DNA of 64,000 bases from a phage. The position numbers were made by a program, and so were the translations under genes. Position 1 is the first letter of the stretch, and the number at the start of each line of letters is the position of its first letter. Below, one piece after another: positions 28,741 through 36,371 of this stretch. Below the pieces are notes generated by a model that ran no database searches, was not told where the DNA came from, and was given only the letters and a program-made list of their open reading frames with translations. The stretch lies in assembly GCA_010671865.1 (NCBI GenBank), contig GCA_010671865.1_4083.1; one strand, written 5' to 3'.

Positions 28741-28945
28741 TACTATTCATGAGTTCTATAAGATAGTTTTCTACCTTACCTTCCTGATAGTTAGTCCCTA
28801 GGAAGTTGCACAACACGGCTTCTATGATTTTGATTTTCCTGATATCAGGCTTCAATCTTTTGTTATTGAATATTTGAATCCTTATATCTCTGGATGCATT
28901 TAAACGTTTTTGATATTCATGGTAAGTTAAATGAATCATTTTCAT
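28715..28945 (-). CDS. hypothetical small protein, family B
   Basis: 76-aa ORF; motif LGTNYQEGK. Confidence 0.6.
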   Translation of the reverse strand: MKMIHLTYHEYQKRLNASRDIRIQIFNNKRLKPDIRKIKIIEAVLCNFLGTNYQEGKVENYLIELMNSIENKCKGN

Positions 28946-29160
28946 TTACGTTTAACCTCTCGCTGGAGGGCATCAATTAACATCAGTACAGCATTCTCTT
29001 GATAGTTTGTTCCTAAGACTGAAAGCATCTTTATCTCATTTACTAAAATCAACTTCTTTGAGGGTTCAATAATGTGACTATCATAAACGGCCTTACGTGC
29101 TGGATAAGTTTTCGCCAGTATAACATAAAATTCGTCTTTACTTAAATTAATCATTTGCAT
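28942..29160 (-). CDS. hypothetical small protein, family B
   Basis: 72-aa ORF; motif LGTNYQENA. Confidence 0.6.
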   Translation of the reverse strand: MQMINLSKDEFYVILAKTYPARKAVYDSHIIEPSKKLILVNEIKMLSVLGTNYQENAVLMLIDALQREVKRK

Positions 29161-29369
29161 TTACTTTTAACCTCTTTCTGTAGAGCGTCAATCCATAGAT
29201 CTACATACATTTGTTGATAGTTTGTGCCTAAGAGTGCACCTACATAGAGTTCAGTTACTAGTGCGTGCTTAAGGTTAGCTTGGATGCTCTTATCGCTTGA
29301 TATCATTCTCCTTCTGCTTCCACATGTTTTCAGGAGTCTGATGTATTCAAAGCCTTGTAAATTTCTCAT
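29151..29369 (-). CDS. hypothetical small protein, family B
   Basis: 72-aa ORF; motif LGTNYQQMY. Confidence 0.6.
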   Translation of the reverse strand: MRNLQGFEYIRLLKTCGSRRRMISSDKSIQANLKHALVTELYVGALLGTNYQQMYVDLWIDALQKEVKSKCK

Positions 29370-29581
29370 ATTTTGGATACCACCTTGTTACGTAAGGAAC
29401 TTAATAATACGTCAGTGTAGATGTTTTGATAGTTTGTCCCTACGAAAGCACCCAACTTCATTTCAGCTATTATAACACATTTGTCCTCTTGTGCAATAGA
29501 TTTGTTTAACACAATACTATACACTTTTGATTTGATAGTTTGTAACCTCCAATGATACTGATACTCATTAAGGATTATCAT
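29366..29581 (-). CDS. hypothetical small protein, family B
   Basis: 71-aa ORF; motif VGTNYQNIY. Confidence 0.6.
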   Translation of the reverse strand: MIILNEYQYHWRLQTIKSKVYSIVLNKSIAQEDKCVIIAEMKLGAFVGTNYQNIYTDVLLSSLRNKVVSKI

Positions 29582-29828
29582 TCTCTTTCCTCCAGATTTC
29601 GGTTCTCATGTGTTGGCAGTGTGCATCAATATATTGCTCTATCGATCTGGCGATTGCTGTTTTATCAGTGCCTGTCATCAGTACAAGCATCTCGGCCTCA
29701 CAGTGAAGTAAACGCATGATATCATAGGGTAATATTTCAGATACCGTGTCATAGTGTTTCTGTGCCAGTGTCTGCAATAGTTTACAATACATTTTGTGAT
29801 TTAGTCTTTGTCGCATTGTTTCTTCCAT
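29568..29828 (-). CDS. hypothetical small protein, family B (divergent)
   Basis: 86-aa ORF; degenerate motif TGTDKTAIA. Confidence 0.5.
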   Translation of the reverse strand: MEETMRQRLNHKMYCKLLQTLAQKHYDTVSEILPYDIMRLLHCEAEMLVLMTGTDKTAIARSIEQYIDAHCQHMRTEIWRKENDNP

Positions 29829-30073
29829 TCTCTTCTGGCTTGGCGGGTTTTATCTGATATTTCGTTTCTCAATGCAGAGATATATCGTAGAGTGAACAGT
29901 TCTTGATAGTTAGTCCCTATGAATTTATTAAGATATACATCAGCGTTGACGATATCAGCTTCACGGGAATTATAAAGTTTATTGTTAGTGCGAAGGGTGT
30001 TTAGAAGAGAGAAGAGGGCAGTCTGATACTCAGTGCTTGATAAAGTTTTCATATTTTTCCACAATTCGTTCAT
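29801..30073 (-). CDS. hypothetical small protein, family B
   Basis: 90-aa ORF; motif IGTNYQELF. Confidence 0.6.
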   Translation of the reverse strand: MNELWKNMKTLSSTEYQTALFSLLNTLRTNNKLYNSREADIVNADVYLNKFIGTNYQELFTLRYISALRNEISDKTRQARREWKKQCDKD

Positions 30074-30287
30074 TTAGTTTTATCTGTATAAGATCCATTA
30101 GTTGTTCAAGATAATCGGTACAATATTTCTCTTGATATTGGGTTCCCACAAAGTACAGCAACCATAGCTCATGAACTTTAACTTTCATCTCGTTCCATGA
30201 AAGTGCATCGTCATCGTAGATTACTCTTGCTTCTGGGGTGAGCTTTCGAATTCTAAGTGAATATTCATCGTCCGTCAAGTGTTTCAT
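30030..30287 (-). CDS. hypothetical small protein, family B
   Basis: 85-aa ORF; motif VGTQYQEKY. Confidence 0.6.
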   Translation of the reverse strand: MKHLTDDEYSLRIRKLTPEARVIYDDDALSWNEMKVKVHELWLLYFVGTQYQEKYCTDYLEQLMDLIQIKLNERIVEKYENFIKH

Positions 30288-30442
30288 TTACATTTATCCC
30301 TTATTAGATTTGTGAGTGCAACTATGTGTTCATGGATATAAAAATTTTGATGAGAAGTTCCAAGAAAGTACAGCATCCATCCCTCACTCTGCTCGACTTC
30401 TAGTTTAGTATCGAGTTGGTCAGATATGTTAATGAAAACCAT
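30284..30442 (-). CDS. hypothetical small protein, family B (52 aa)
   Basis: hand-translated ...LGTSHQNFYIHEHIVALTNLIRDKCK; ATGA overlaps with both neighbours; below track cutoff; approximate. Confidence 0.45.
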   Translation of the reverse strand: MVFINISDQLDTKLEVEQSEGWMLYFLGTSHQNFYIHEHIVALTNLIRDKCK

Positions 30443-30699
30443 TAGTTCTTTTCCTTTCTTTCTATTTGTTTCATAAGAACATCGATATACTCACCCGCAA
30501 ACCTATTCTGATACTGCGTCCCCATGAATTCCAACATCCATACTTCAGCAACCTTTTCTTCAATTTCAGTCCATTGTAAGTACATCATAGTGAAGTAAAT
30601 GGTGTTCTCTTTTTTTCTGGCACTCTTAGCACGGGCCTCGTATTCAAAGTTATTAATGATGTTCATTACATTTGTCCATAATGTAATTCTTGAGTGCAA
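30442..30699 (-). CDS. hypothetical small protein, family B
   Basis: 85-aa ORF; motif MGTQYQNRF. Confidence 0.6.
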   Translation of the reverse strand: MHSRITLWTNVMNIINNFEYEARAKSARKKENTIYFTMMYLQWTEIEEKVAEVWMLEFMGTQYQNRFAGEYIDVLMKQIERKEKN

Positions 30700-30880
30700 C
30701 TATGTGTGCAATAACATACTCTTCCTGGAAGTTCGTCCCCAGTACAGCCAACATGCGTACATCGGTGGTGTTTATCTTGTGTTCCAATCGAGTTAAACCT
30801 TTTATTTGTAAAAGGGTATCGTATTTGTTTAATGCATCAATGATAATTCTCATCTTCTCAATATTACTTAAATGTTTCAT
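30653..30880 (-). CDS. hypothetical small protein, family B
   Basis: 75-aa ORF; motif LGTNFQEEY. Confidence 0.6.
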   Translation of the reverse strand: MKHLSNIEKMRIIIDALNKYDTLLQIKGLTRLEHKINTTDVRMLAVLGTNFQEEYVIAHIVALKNYIMDKCNEHH

Positions 30881-31089
30881 AGTTTACTCTTAATGTAGTT
30901 CTGAAGTTCAATTAAGTATTTCCCTACATAATACTCCTGAAAGTCTGTATCCAAAAATGCACCCATAAGTAAATCCTTCTCCATTGCCCTTGATAAGTTA
31001 AGGTCTGCATTTGAAAGGTATATAAGTAATATTTCAGTCTGGACAGAATTAAAACGTTTCTTATATTCTTCAGGTGTTAATATAATCAT
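30877..31089 (-). CDS. hypothetical small protein, family B
   Basis: 70-aa ORF; motif LDTDFQEYY. Confidence 0.6.
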   Translation of the reverse strand: MIILTPEEYKKRFNSVQTEILLIYLSNADLNLSRAMEKDLLMGAFLDTDFQEYYVGKYLIELQNYIKSKL

Positions 31090-31301
31090 AATTTGCTCCT
31101 GATGTATTTCTCAAGAGATGACAAATACTTTTCCTCATAATACTCCTGATAGTCTGTTCCCAAGAATGCACCCAAAAGTATTTCATTTTCCAATACCTCG
31201 GCTAAGTTTAAATCAGACGTCTCTTCGTATATTATGAGGATTTCAAGTTGTCTGGCAGCGATGCGTTCAGTATATTGATATGAGTTTTCTATAATAATCA
31301 T
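31086..31301 (-). CDS. hypothetical small protein, family B
   Basis: 71-aa ORF; motif LGTDYQEYY. Confidence 0.6.
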   Translation of the reverse strand: MIIIENSYQYTERIAARQLEILIIYEETSDLNLAEVLENEILLGAFLGTDYQEYYEEKYLSSLEKYIRSKL

Positions 31302-31507
31302 ATTTTACTCTTAATATCTTCTATTAAAAATCGAATCCATTCTTCAACATAATCTTCCTGATGGTTTGTGTTCAGTACAGCCAACATGCGGATCTCTGCT
31401 CTTGCAACTTCAATTTCAGTTTTAGGCAGGTCTTTGCTGATATCCACCATTAAGTCCATGTATTTCAAGATAAGACCGTATGATTGGGTTCGTGTTATAG
31501 TTTTCAT
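31298..31507 (-). CDS. hypothetical small protein, family B
   Basis: 69-aa ORF; motif LNTNHQEDY. Confidence 0.6.
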   Translation of the reverse strand: MKTITRTQSYGLILKYMDLMVDISKDLPKTEIEVARAEIRMLAVLNTNHQEDYVEEWIRFLIEDIKSKI

Positions 31508-31704
31508 TGTTTCCTCGTGGACAATATTTTATTTTTCAATGTATCCATATATTGCCACACCCATCTACCCTGATAGTTTGTTCCCAATGTAATCAAAAGG
31601 TATAACTCCATTCGTTCTACGTGTGTGTCTGTGTTGTAAATCTTTACGTAGTTTTTACGTAACAGTGATTGATATTCTTCTTTATTTAAAATACGCATTT
31701 TCAT
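31504..31704 (-). CDS. hypothetical small protein, family B
   Basis: 66-aa ORF; motif LGTNYQGRW. Confidence 0.6.
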   Translation of the reverse strand: MKMRILNKEEYQSLLRKNYVKIYNTDTHVERMELYLLITLGTNYQGRWVWQYMDTLKNKILSTRKQ

Positions 31705-31898
31705 AGTTTACTCGTTATATCTTCAATTAAATACCAAATCCAATCGTTGACATACCTTTCCTGAAAGTTAGTTCCAATGAATAGTGCCATAATTAATTCA
31801 CGCTTATAGGCAATACCACGGTCATGGGACTTATACATTATCATAGCCATGTTATTGATAAGTCTTTCGTGGTGCTGTTCTTTAGTTAAAATACGCAT
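31701..31898 (-). CDS. hypothetical small protein, family B (first gene of array)
   Basis: track ORF 31701..31928 trimmed to Met preceded by AAGGGAG RBS (MRILTKEQ); motif IGTNFQERY. Confidence 0.55.
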   Translation of the reverse strand: MRILTKEQHHERLINNMAMIMYKSHDRGIAYKRELIMALFIGTNFQERYVNDWIWYLIEDITSKL

Positions 31899-31934
31899 AG
31901 GGACTCCCTTAAAATTAATATCAATCATATTTTA

Positions 31935-31965
31935 TACGATTCATATAAAAAGTCAATAACATTTT
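31935..31965 (-). promoter_or_regulatory. candidate sigma70-like promoter for the family B array
   Basis: minus strand reads TTGACT-16 nt-TAAAAT just upstream of RBS of 31701..31898; approximate. Confidence 0.35.
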
Positions 31966-32056
31966 ATTCGTAATACCCCTTTATCGAAGTCGCTAAGGTT
32001 ACCCGCCCTTTAGCCCCCTACGCATTTTGCCATAGTCCAATCCCTTTTATTTCAAA

Positions 32057-32125
32057 AAAGTCAAGGGATTACCTATGCATTTTTTTAACGCATAATTTTA
32101 AAAACGCCTTGACTTTTTTCTGAAT
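32057..32125. repeat. imperfect nested palindrome at module boundary
   Basis: GTCAAGG...TATGCAtttttttaacGCATA...CCTTGAC followed by T-run; lies between gene 32148..32357 and the family B array. Confidence 0.4.
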
Positions 32126-32147
32126 CAGTACTAGATCCCTTTACGCA

Positions 32148-32357
32148 TTAATCCTTCGTTACGCTAACGATTATCTGTGTATCCCCGTAGTCCTGCCATA
32201 CTTCCACGCCATCGGTCGCCCTGGTTAGTCGTGCTGTCATCTGCTTAATGGTCTTAGGCTTTAGTGGAACCTGTTGCAGTACTGTACGCATAGCATCATT
32301 GACGTTATCATGTACGCCTGCAATAGTACCTAGAACGCTGTATACTGTATAGAACAT
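32148..32357 (-). CDS. hypothetical protein
   Basis: 69-aa ORF; AGGAGGG RBS 7 nt upstream of ATG. Confidence 0.55.
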   Translation of the reverse strand: MFYTVYSVLGTIAGVHDNVNDAMRTVLQQVPLKPKTIKQMTARLTRATDGVEVWQDYGDTQIIVSVTKD

Positions 32358-32425
32358 ATGTATGCCCTCCTGATATAGTTAAGGCCGCTACAAGGCGGCC
32401 TATGATGTTTGGTGATGTGTAACGC

Positions 32426-32827
32426 TTACAGTCCTAAGATAGTGCGTGCTTCGTTACGTTCCGTACACAGCTGCATGATGTGAGCAAGTAAGTCCTTGCT
32501 AATGTATCCGGTGTTCATAGCTTCACGAATAGATACATCATAAGCACCGAACCCCGTGCGAACGATACGCACATCATTCAGGTTAGTATTATAGATACCG
32601 CCGAGATCAACGGCTTCGAATACTACATCAACAGAATATTCATTGTTGCCATCGTGGAAGTTTTCCAGTGCAATAGTATTGGATACCGCCCAACGTTTGC
32701 AGTTTCCAATGATGCGGCACTGTTCCGGTTGGATAGTACCATTACTTACAGCGTACTCCAGTGCATCTTTACCGAAAGTCCGAGCCAGTACTAAAACGTC
32801 AGCGAAGGAATTGATTGAGAAGGTCAT
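32426..32827 (-). CDS. hypothetical protein
   Basis: track ORF 32426..32860 trimmed to Met with AAGGAG RBS; upstream ATG lies inside the leader hairpin. Confidence 0.55.
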   Translation of the reverse strand: MTFSINSFADVLVLARTFGKDALEYAVSNGTIQPEQCRIIGNCKRWAVSNTIALENFHDGNNEYSVDVVFEAVDLGGIYNTNLNDVRIVRTGFGAYDVSIREAMNTGYISKDLLAHIMQLCTERNEARTILGL

Positions 32828-32839
32828 GATAAAACTCCT

Positions 32840-32912
32840 TAATTTAGGAGGGAGAACCATTTCCCCCTCTCTATGTAAAACATTATACTTGATTCTAAGT
32901 ACTATGCAAGTA
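32840..32912 (-). promoter_or_regulatory. promoter plus 5'-leader hairpin cassette
   Basis: minus strand: TTGCAT-16-TATAAT-GTTTTACAT then hairpin GAGGGGGAAATGGTTCTCCCTCC then AAGGAG RBS; approximate. Confidence 0.5.
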
Positions 32913-32916
32913 CTTT

Positions 32917-33249
32917 TTACATTTTAATACCTGGATTCAGGTAGCGGTGAGATCCATATTCTGGATCGGTTTCGGTCCAGTACTGTAAATCGATAGTACC
33001 TTTCGCGTTAATCTTGTCTACCAGCTTATTCATCTTAGTGTATACTACGTCAGCATCGATGCGTTTAAAGCCAGTAGCTTTAGTGAAGTAGTAGTGATTT
33101 GCTTCACTATCATTAAGGATATACCGAGCACCGTTTGCAGTCTGTGCGATAATGATTGAGTATTCTACTTCCCGATCCAGACCGTCGATGAATACAGATG
33201 AAACATTGGTACGGATGAAAGCTTTAACGATAGCGATTGAAGTACTCAT
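32917..33249 (-). CDS. hypothetical protein
   Basis: 110-aa ORF; AGGAG RBS. Confidence 0.55.
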   Translation of the reverse strand: MSTSIAIVKAFIRTNVSSVFIDGLDREVEYSIIIAQTANGARYILNDSEANHYYFTKATGFKRIDADVVYTKMNKLVDKINAKGTIDLQYWTETDPEYGSHRYLNPGIKM

Positions 33250-33332
33250 TTTGAATCTCCTAACTTTGTGGGCCGTCGCACCATTGCCGCCCTACGAGAT
33301 ACATTATTGCAGTACTGATATACTTTGTCAAT
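33250..33332 (-). promoter_or_regulatory. promoter plus leader hairpin cassette
   Basis: minus strand TTGACA-17-AATAAT then GC-rich hairpin before RBS of 32917..33249; approximate. Confidence 0.45.
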
Positions 33333-33453
33333 ACTTTTTTTATTAATAGTTTTCACCCCACCAGCAGATAGTTACTCACCGTTATTAACTATATATTTTA
33401 GATACACTCCTGCACCCAGTGGGCTAGTTTTTGTCTATGCGTATATAATAGCA

Positions 33454-33487
33454 AAGGGACTGACCGGAGTCAATCCCTTTTTTTATT
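33454..33487 (-). terminator. bidirectional intrinsic terminator (repeated element, copy 1)
   Basis: hairpin AAGGGACTGAC-CGGA-GTCAATCCCTT flanked by A-run and T-run; 17 nt downstream of stop of 33496..33696. Confidence 0.55.
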
Positions 33488-33495
33488 CTTTTTTG

Positions 33496-33696
33496 TTAGA
33501 TGATTCTCCAATCTTCTACGATCATGGTAAGATAACGGACCATCGATTCAAGTGATTCGAATTCCCGATAGTCTGCCGCTCCACCAGCGGTACAAGTACA
33601 GCCGATTAAACCATTTTGTAATTCCTTAATCTGTACATCGATAAGGTTGGCTTTAGCTTCTTTCAGTACTTCAACCAGGGCGAGAGCGATAGACAT
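33496..33696 (-). CDS. hypothetical protein
   Basis: 66-aa ORF; GGAG RBS; own promoter cassette. Confidence 0.55.
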   Translation of the reverse strand: MSIALALVEVLKEAKANLIDVQIKELQNGLIGCTCTAGGAADYREFESLESMVRYLTMIVEDWRII

Positions 33697-33699
33697 AAT

Positions 33700-33780
33700 G
33701 TTTTACTCCAAACTATTGGCGGGAGAACTATTCCCCCGCTCTATGTAAAACATTATACATTACTGGTTAGTACTGTCAAA
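33700..33780 (-). promoter_or_regulatory. promoter plus leader hairpin cassette
   Basis: minus strand TTGACA-16-TATAAT-GTTTTACAT, hairpin GAGCGGGGGAATAGTTCTCCCGCC; approximate. Confidence 0.5.
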
Positions 33781-33786
33781 TAGTTT

Positions 33787-34044
33787 TTATGAAATATCTT
33801 CGATGTAGTCGGCCCATTTCATTTTTTCAGTACTGTCAATGGCTACCGGATTATTTGGATCAAACCATTCACCATTACCGCAATACATACCAACGGCTAC
33901 GGTTTTATAGCCATCCTGGGCAGTACACCACGACATTGCACGATAGATATGGCCTTTAACTGGTTGCAGTACTGGTAACGTTTTATGGTCTTCTACGTAG
34001 GCCATAGCTTGAGGATTTACCCGATATTGTGTGAACTGTTCCAT
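33787..34044 (-). CDS. hypothetical protein
   Basis: 85-aa ORF; AAGGGG RBS. Confidence 0.55.
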   Translation of the reverse strand: MEQFTQYRVNPQAMAYVEDHKTLPVLQPVKGHIYRAMSWCTAQDGYKTVAVGMYCGNGEWFDPNNPVAIDSTEKMKWADYIEDIS

Positions 34045-34120
34045 TATGTTTCCCCTTGTAGTTAGTAAAGTTATTACATCAGTACTATCAAGCTATGTCA
34101 ATAGTACTGAAATAAAACTT

Positions 34121-34345
34121 TTAGATTAGATTATTGAGGCCGTCAATGGTAGACTCACTTTCTTCTTTCTCCCATTGTCGGTAGTACTTCCATGCTTCAT
34201 GATAGGTGGCGATTAGTTCATCTTTTTGATCCTGGTTACATGCCAGTACTGAATCACGGTGAGCGGTGTTATAGATAGAATCGAATGATTTCTTCTCTTC
34301 TGCCAGGTTAGCTACTTCCCGCATCAGTTCATCAAAGTTAGCCAT
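34121..34345 (-). CDS. hypothetical protein
   Basis: 74-aa ORF; AAGGAG RBS. Confidence 0.55.
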   Translation of the reverse strand: MANFDELMREVANLAEEKKSFDSIYNTAHRDSVLACNQDQKDELIATYHEAWKYYRQWEKEESESTIDGLNNLI

Positions 34346-34422
34346 TTTATTACTCCTTTTAGTGGGGGAGGATATATCCCCCTATGCAAAACATTATACT
34401 TTGTTTTAGTTATTATGCAAGT
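34346..34422 (-). promoter_or_regulatory. promoter plus leader hairpin cassette
   Basis: minus strand TTGCAT-16-TATAAT-GTTTTGCAT, hairpin GGGGGATATATCCTCCCCC; approximate. Confidence 0.5.
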
Positions 34423-34676
34423 ACTTTTTTCATATAAACATTATATTCTACACCGCCGTAACCTTCCACGATGATATGTTTTGCGTTATCACGTTTGCAC
34501 ATAGTGAAACCATCGTTTACGTGTTTTGCATTTTCCAGGGCGACATCACCGATAGCGGCACATACTGAACTAATAACGATATTCCGCAAAGTACTGGTAT
34601 CATTAGCGGTCATAGTAGTTTGCAGTACTACGTTGTCGTATACGTGTGCATTGATAGTGATTTCGATAGTGTTCAT
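34413..34676 (-). CDS. hypothetical protein
   Basis: track ORF 34413..34730 trimmed to MNTIEIT; the upstream MFYIERGKWFPL is a translation of the promoter/hairpin cassette. Confidence 0.55.
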   Translation of the reverse strand: MNTIEITINAHVYDNVVLQTTMTANDTSTLRNIVISSVCAAIGDVALENAKHVNDGFTMCKRDNAKHIIVEGYGGVEYNVYMKKVLA

Positions 34677-34758
34677 GGTGTATCTCCTGGACTTGAGGGG
34701 AAACCATTTCCCCCTCTCGATATAAAACATTATACGTTAATCTAACTACAATGCAAGT
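34677..34758 (-). promoter_or_regulatory. promoter plus leader hairpin cassette
   Basis: TTGCAT-16-TATAAT-GTTTTATATC, hairpin GGGGAAATGGTTTCCCC; approximate. Confidence 0.5.
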
Positions 34759-34763
34759 ACTTT

Positions 34764-34955
34764 TTAAATTTTATTTCCGATATAGTCCGGCCTATTCTTT
34801 TCGGTCATACGCTTTGCTAATGTTTGCATATAGCTTATCGCGTTTAAGGTGTCTTCCTCCAGGGATGAATCAACATAATCAGGATCATTCTTCACCTTGC
34901 AATGATTATGATAGCGTAGTACTGCCAGTACTTTTTTAACTTCTTCAACTGTCAT
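34764..34955 (-). CDS. hypothetical protein
   Basis: 63-aa ORF; ATGA overlap with upstream gene. Confidence 0.5.
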   Translation of the reverse strand: MTVEEVKKVLAVLRYHNHCKVKNDPDYVDSSLEEDTLNAISYMQTLAKRMTEKNRPDYIGNKI

Positions 34956-35224
34956 AATAAGTATTCCACTTCGTTAGCTTTCAGGTTAGTATCAATCATC
35001 AGTGGTTTTTTGTAGTCCACAAAACGATTAGTTTTCTCGATAGCGAAGCCCATATAATCCAGCTTGCTTACAGTACATTCATTCTTAAAAACTTCTTTCG
35101 CGGCATTGATGGCTGATTCAATTGATAACCGACCATCTAAGTTAATGTTACCAAATGATCCACCAGCAGAAGTAGGATTACCGTTCATATCTTTAATAAT
35201 CATAGTAGCGGAGTAGCTGGACAT
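34952..35224 (-). CDS. hypothetical protein
   Basis: 90-aa ORF; AAGGAAAC RBS. Confidence 0.55.
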   Translation of the reverse strand: MSSYSATMIIKDMNGNPTSAGGSFGNINLDGRLSIESAINAAKEVFKNECTVSKLDYMGFAIEKTNRFVDYKKPLMIDTNLKANEVEYLL

Positions 35225-35308
35225 AATTTTGTTTCCTTTTATTGGTGGGGAGAACTATTCTCCCCCTTGATGTAAACTATTATACAGTACTGATATACTT
35301 TGTCAATA
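35225..35308 (-). promoter_or_regulatory. promoter plus leader hairpin cassette
   Basis: TTGACA-16-TATAAT, hairpin GGGGGAGAATAGTTCTCCCCACC; approximate. Confidence 0.5.
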
Positions 35309-35309
35309 C

Positions 35310-35531
35310 TTAATTACGGATAAAGTGATAAAGACCATTATCATCATTAACGCCCCATACTGATTTACCATTTAAACCAGTGAAGCCGGATTGCAATTCA
35401 ATATGGAAACCGTTAGCATCAACGACGAAAACTTTTTTATTTTCATCCCGATAGCATTGATATTCTTCACCTGCTTTAAATGCTGCATCATTCAGAAGAT
35501 TTGAAGCGTGAACGCAGGTCATAGTAGCCAT
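35310..35531 (-). CDS. hypothetical protein
   Basis: track ORF 35310..35588 trimmed to MATMTCVHAS (AAGGAA RBS); upstream part is cassette read-through. Confidence 0.55.
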   Translation of the reverse strand: MATMTCVHASNLLNDAAFKAGEEYQCYRDENKKVFVVDANGFHIELQSGFTGLNGKSVWGVNDDNGLYHFIRN

Positions 35532-35616
35532 CGTCTTGATTCCTTTTAGTACCAGGGGGAACCATTTCCCCCTCTCGATATAAAACATTATACGCTCATT
35601 GAGATAGTTTGCAAGT
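35532..35616 (-). promoter_or_regulatory. promoter plus leader hairpin cassette
   Basis: TTGCAA-17-TATAAT-GTTTTATATC, hairpin GGGGGAAATGGTTCCCCC; approximate. Confidence 0.5.
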
Positions 35617-35717
35617 ACTTTTTATCAAATAGTTTTCAGTACTGAATACTTATATAATAGATACACTTCCGCACCCTATGGGTCAGTGAGTTATCTCTCA
35701 ATGAATATATAATAGCA

Positions 35718-35748
35718 AAGGGACTGACTGGAGTCAATCCCTTTTTTA
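35718..35748 (-). terminator. bidirectional intrinsic terminator (repeated element, copy 2)
   Basis: hairpin AAGGGACTGACTGGAGTCAATCCCTT plus T-run; just downstream of stop of 35756..36340. Confidence 0.55.
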
Positions 35749-35755
35749 ATCTTTT

Positions 35756-36340
35756 TTATCGTGTTATAGTTATCGCGTTAACATCACGTTTTTTATAGTA
35801 CTGATTCCAGATATTGCGGGTTAAACCGTAATCAAGTACTTTAATCAAGCCGTTGCGATCCTGGCCGATATTCTGTTTTCTGATATCTCTTATCGTTAGT
35901 GTGGATAATGTATCATCAACGTGATTGAGAGCATCAGCGAAATGGTGTTGGCGTTCTACCGTATTACGTTTAATATTGTACTTTAACTCATTGCACGCGT
36001 TTACATGCTTTACACTGCCTTTGCTTGCAGTACTCAAACGATCCATAACAATAAACAGATTATCAGGATCGCATAAATGCATATGCACCTTGGCAAAGAA
36101 CTGTTTAAGGTGCGGACGGTCATAATCTAAAAAATTCCATACCTTACATTCAGTTTCATTTTGTTCTACACCCGCATCACAATTCGCGACCTTAATCACT
36201 AACCGATCATTTAAAGCGAATACAATACGGGAAGAACCCGCACCGACGATCTCCAGTCCAGCTAACCGACAAGCTGAAAGGATCTCTTTGTTGGTTTCCA
36301 TTGCATGAAGTGAACGGATGAATTTAGTATAGTTACGCAT
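35756..36340 (-). CDS. putative protein kinase-like protein
   Basis: trimmed to MRNYTKF (AAGGAG RBS); motifs in canonical order: Gly-rich GAGSSRIVF, VIKV, catalytic-loop-like IRDIRKQN, DFG-like LDYG. Confidence 0.4.
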   Translation of the reverse strand: MRNYTKFIRSLHAMETNKEILSACRLAGLEIVGAGSSRIVFALNDRLVIKVANCDAGVEQNETECKVWNFLDYDRPHLKQFFAKVHMHLCDPDNLFIVMDRLSTASKGSVKHVNACNELKYNIKRNTVERQHHFADALNHVDDTLSTLTIRDIRKQNIGQDRNGLIKVLDYGLTRNIWNQYYKKRDVNAITITR

Positions 36341-36371
36341 TGTGTTGACTCCTTGAGTTAATGAAACTATA

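Noticed and set aside
25542-31928. CRISPR-like periodicity (units every ~215 bp here and again at 52.1-56.5 kb)
   Set aside because: The units are diverged protein-coding paralogs with start and stop codons and RBSs, not short identical direct repeats with unique spacers.
33531-33600. tRNA-like T-loop sequence (GATTCGAATTCC) and a general search for tRNA or tmRNA genes
   Set aside because: The motif lies inside CDS 33496..33696 with no flanking cloverleaf; no tRNA-like structure was seen in the 50.3-52.1 kb non-coding region either.
34677-34730. N-terminal extensions MFYIERGKWFPL (34413..34730, 35310..35588, 49858..50277) and MTVL[KN]CFS[TI]MY (36372..36671, 36672..36950) that look like a conserved protein N-terminus
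   Set aside because: They are in-frame translations of the promoter -10, GTTTTACAT and leader hairpin; the real starts are downstream Mets with proper RBSs.
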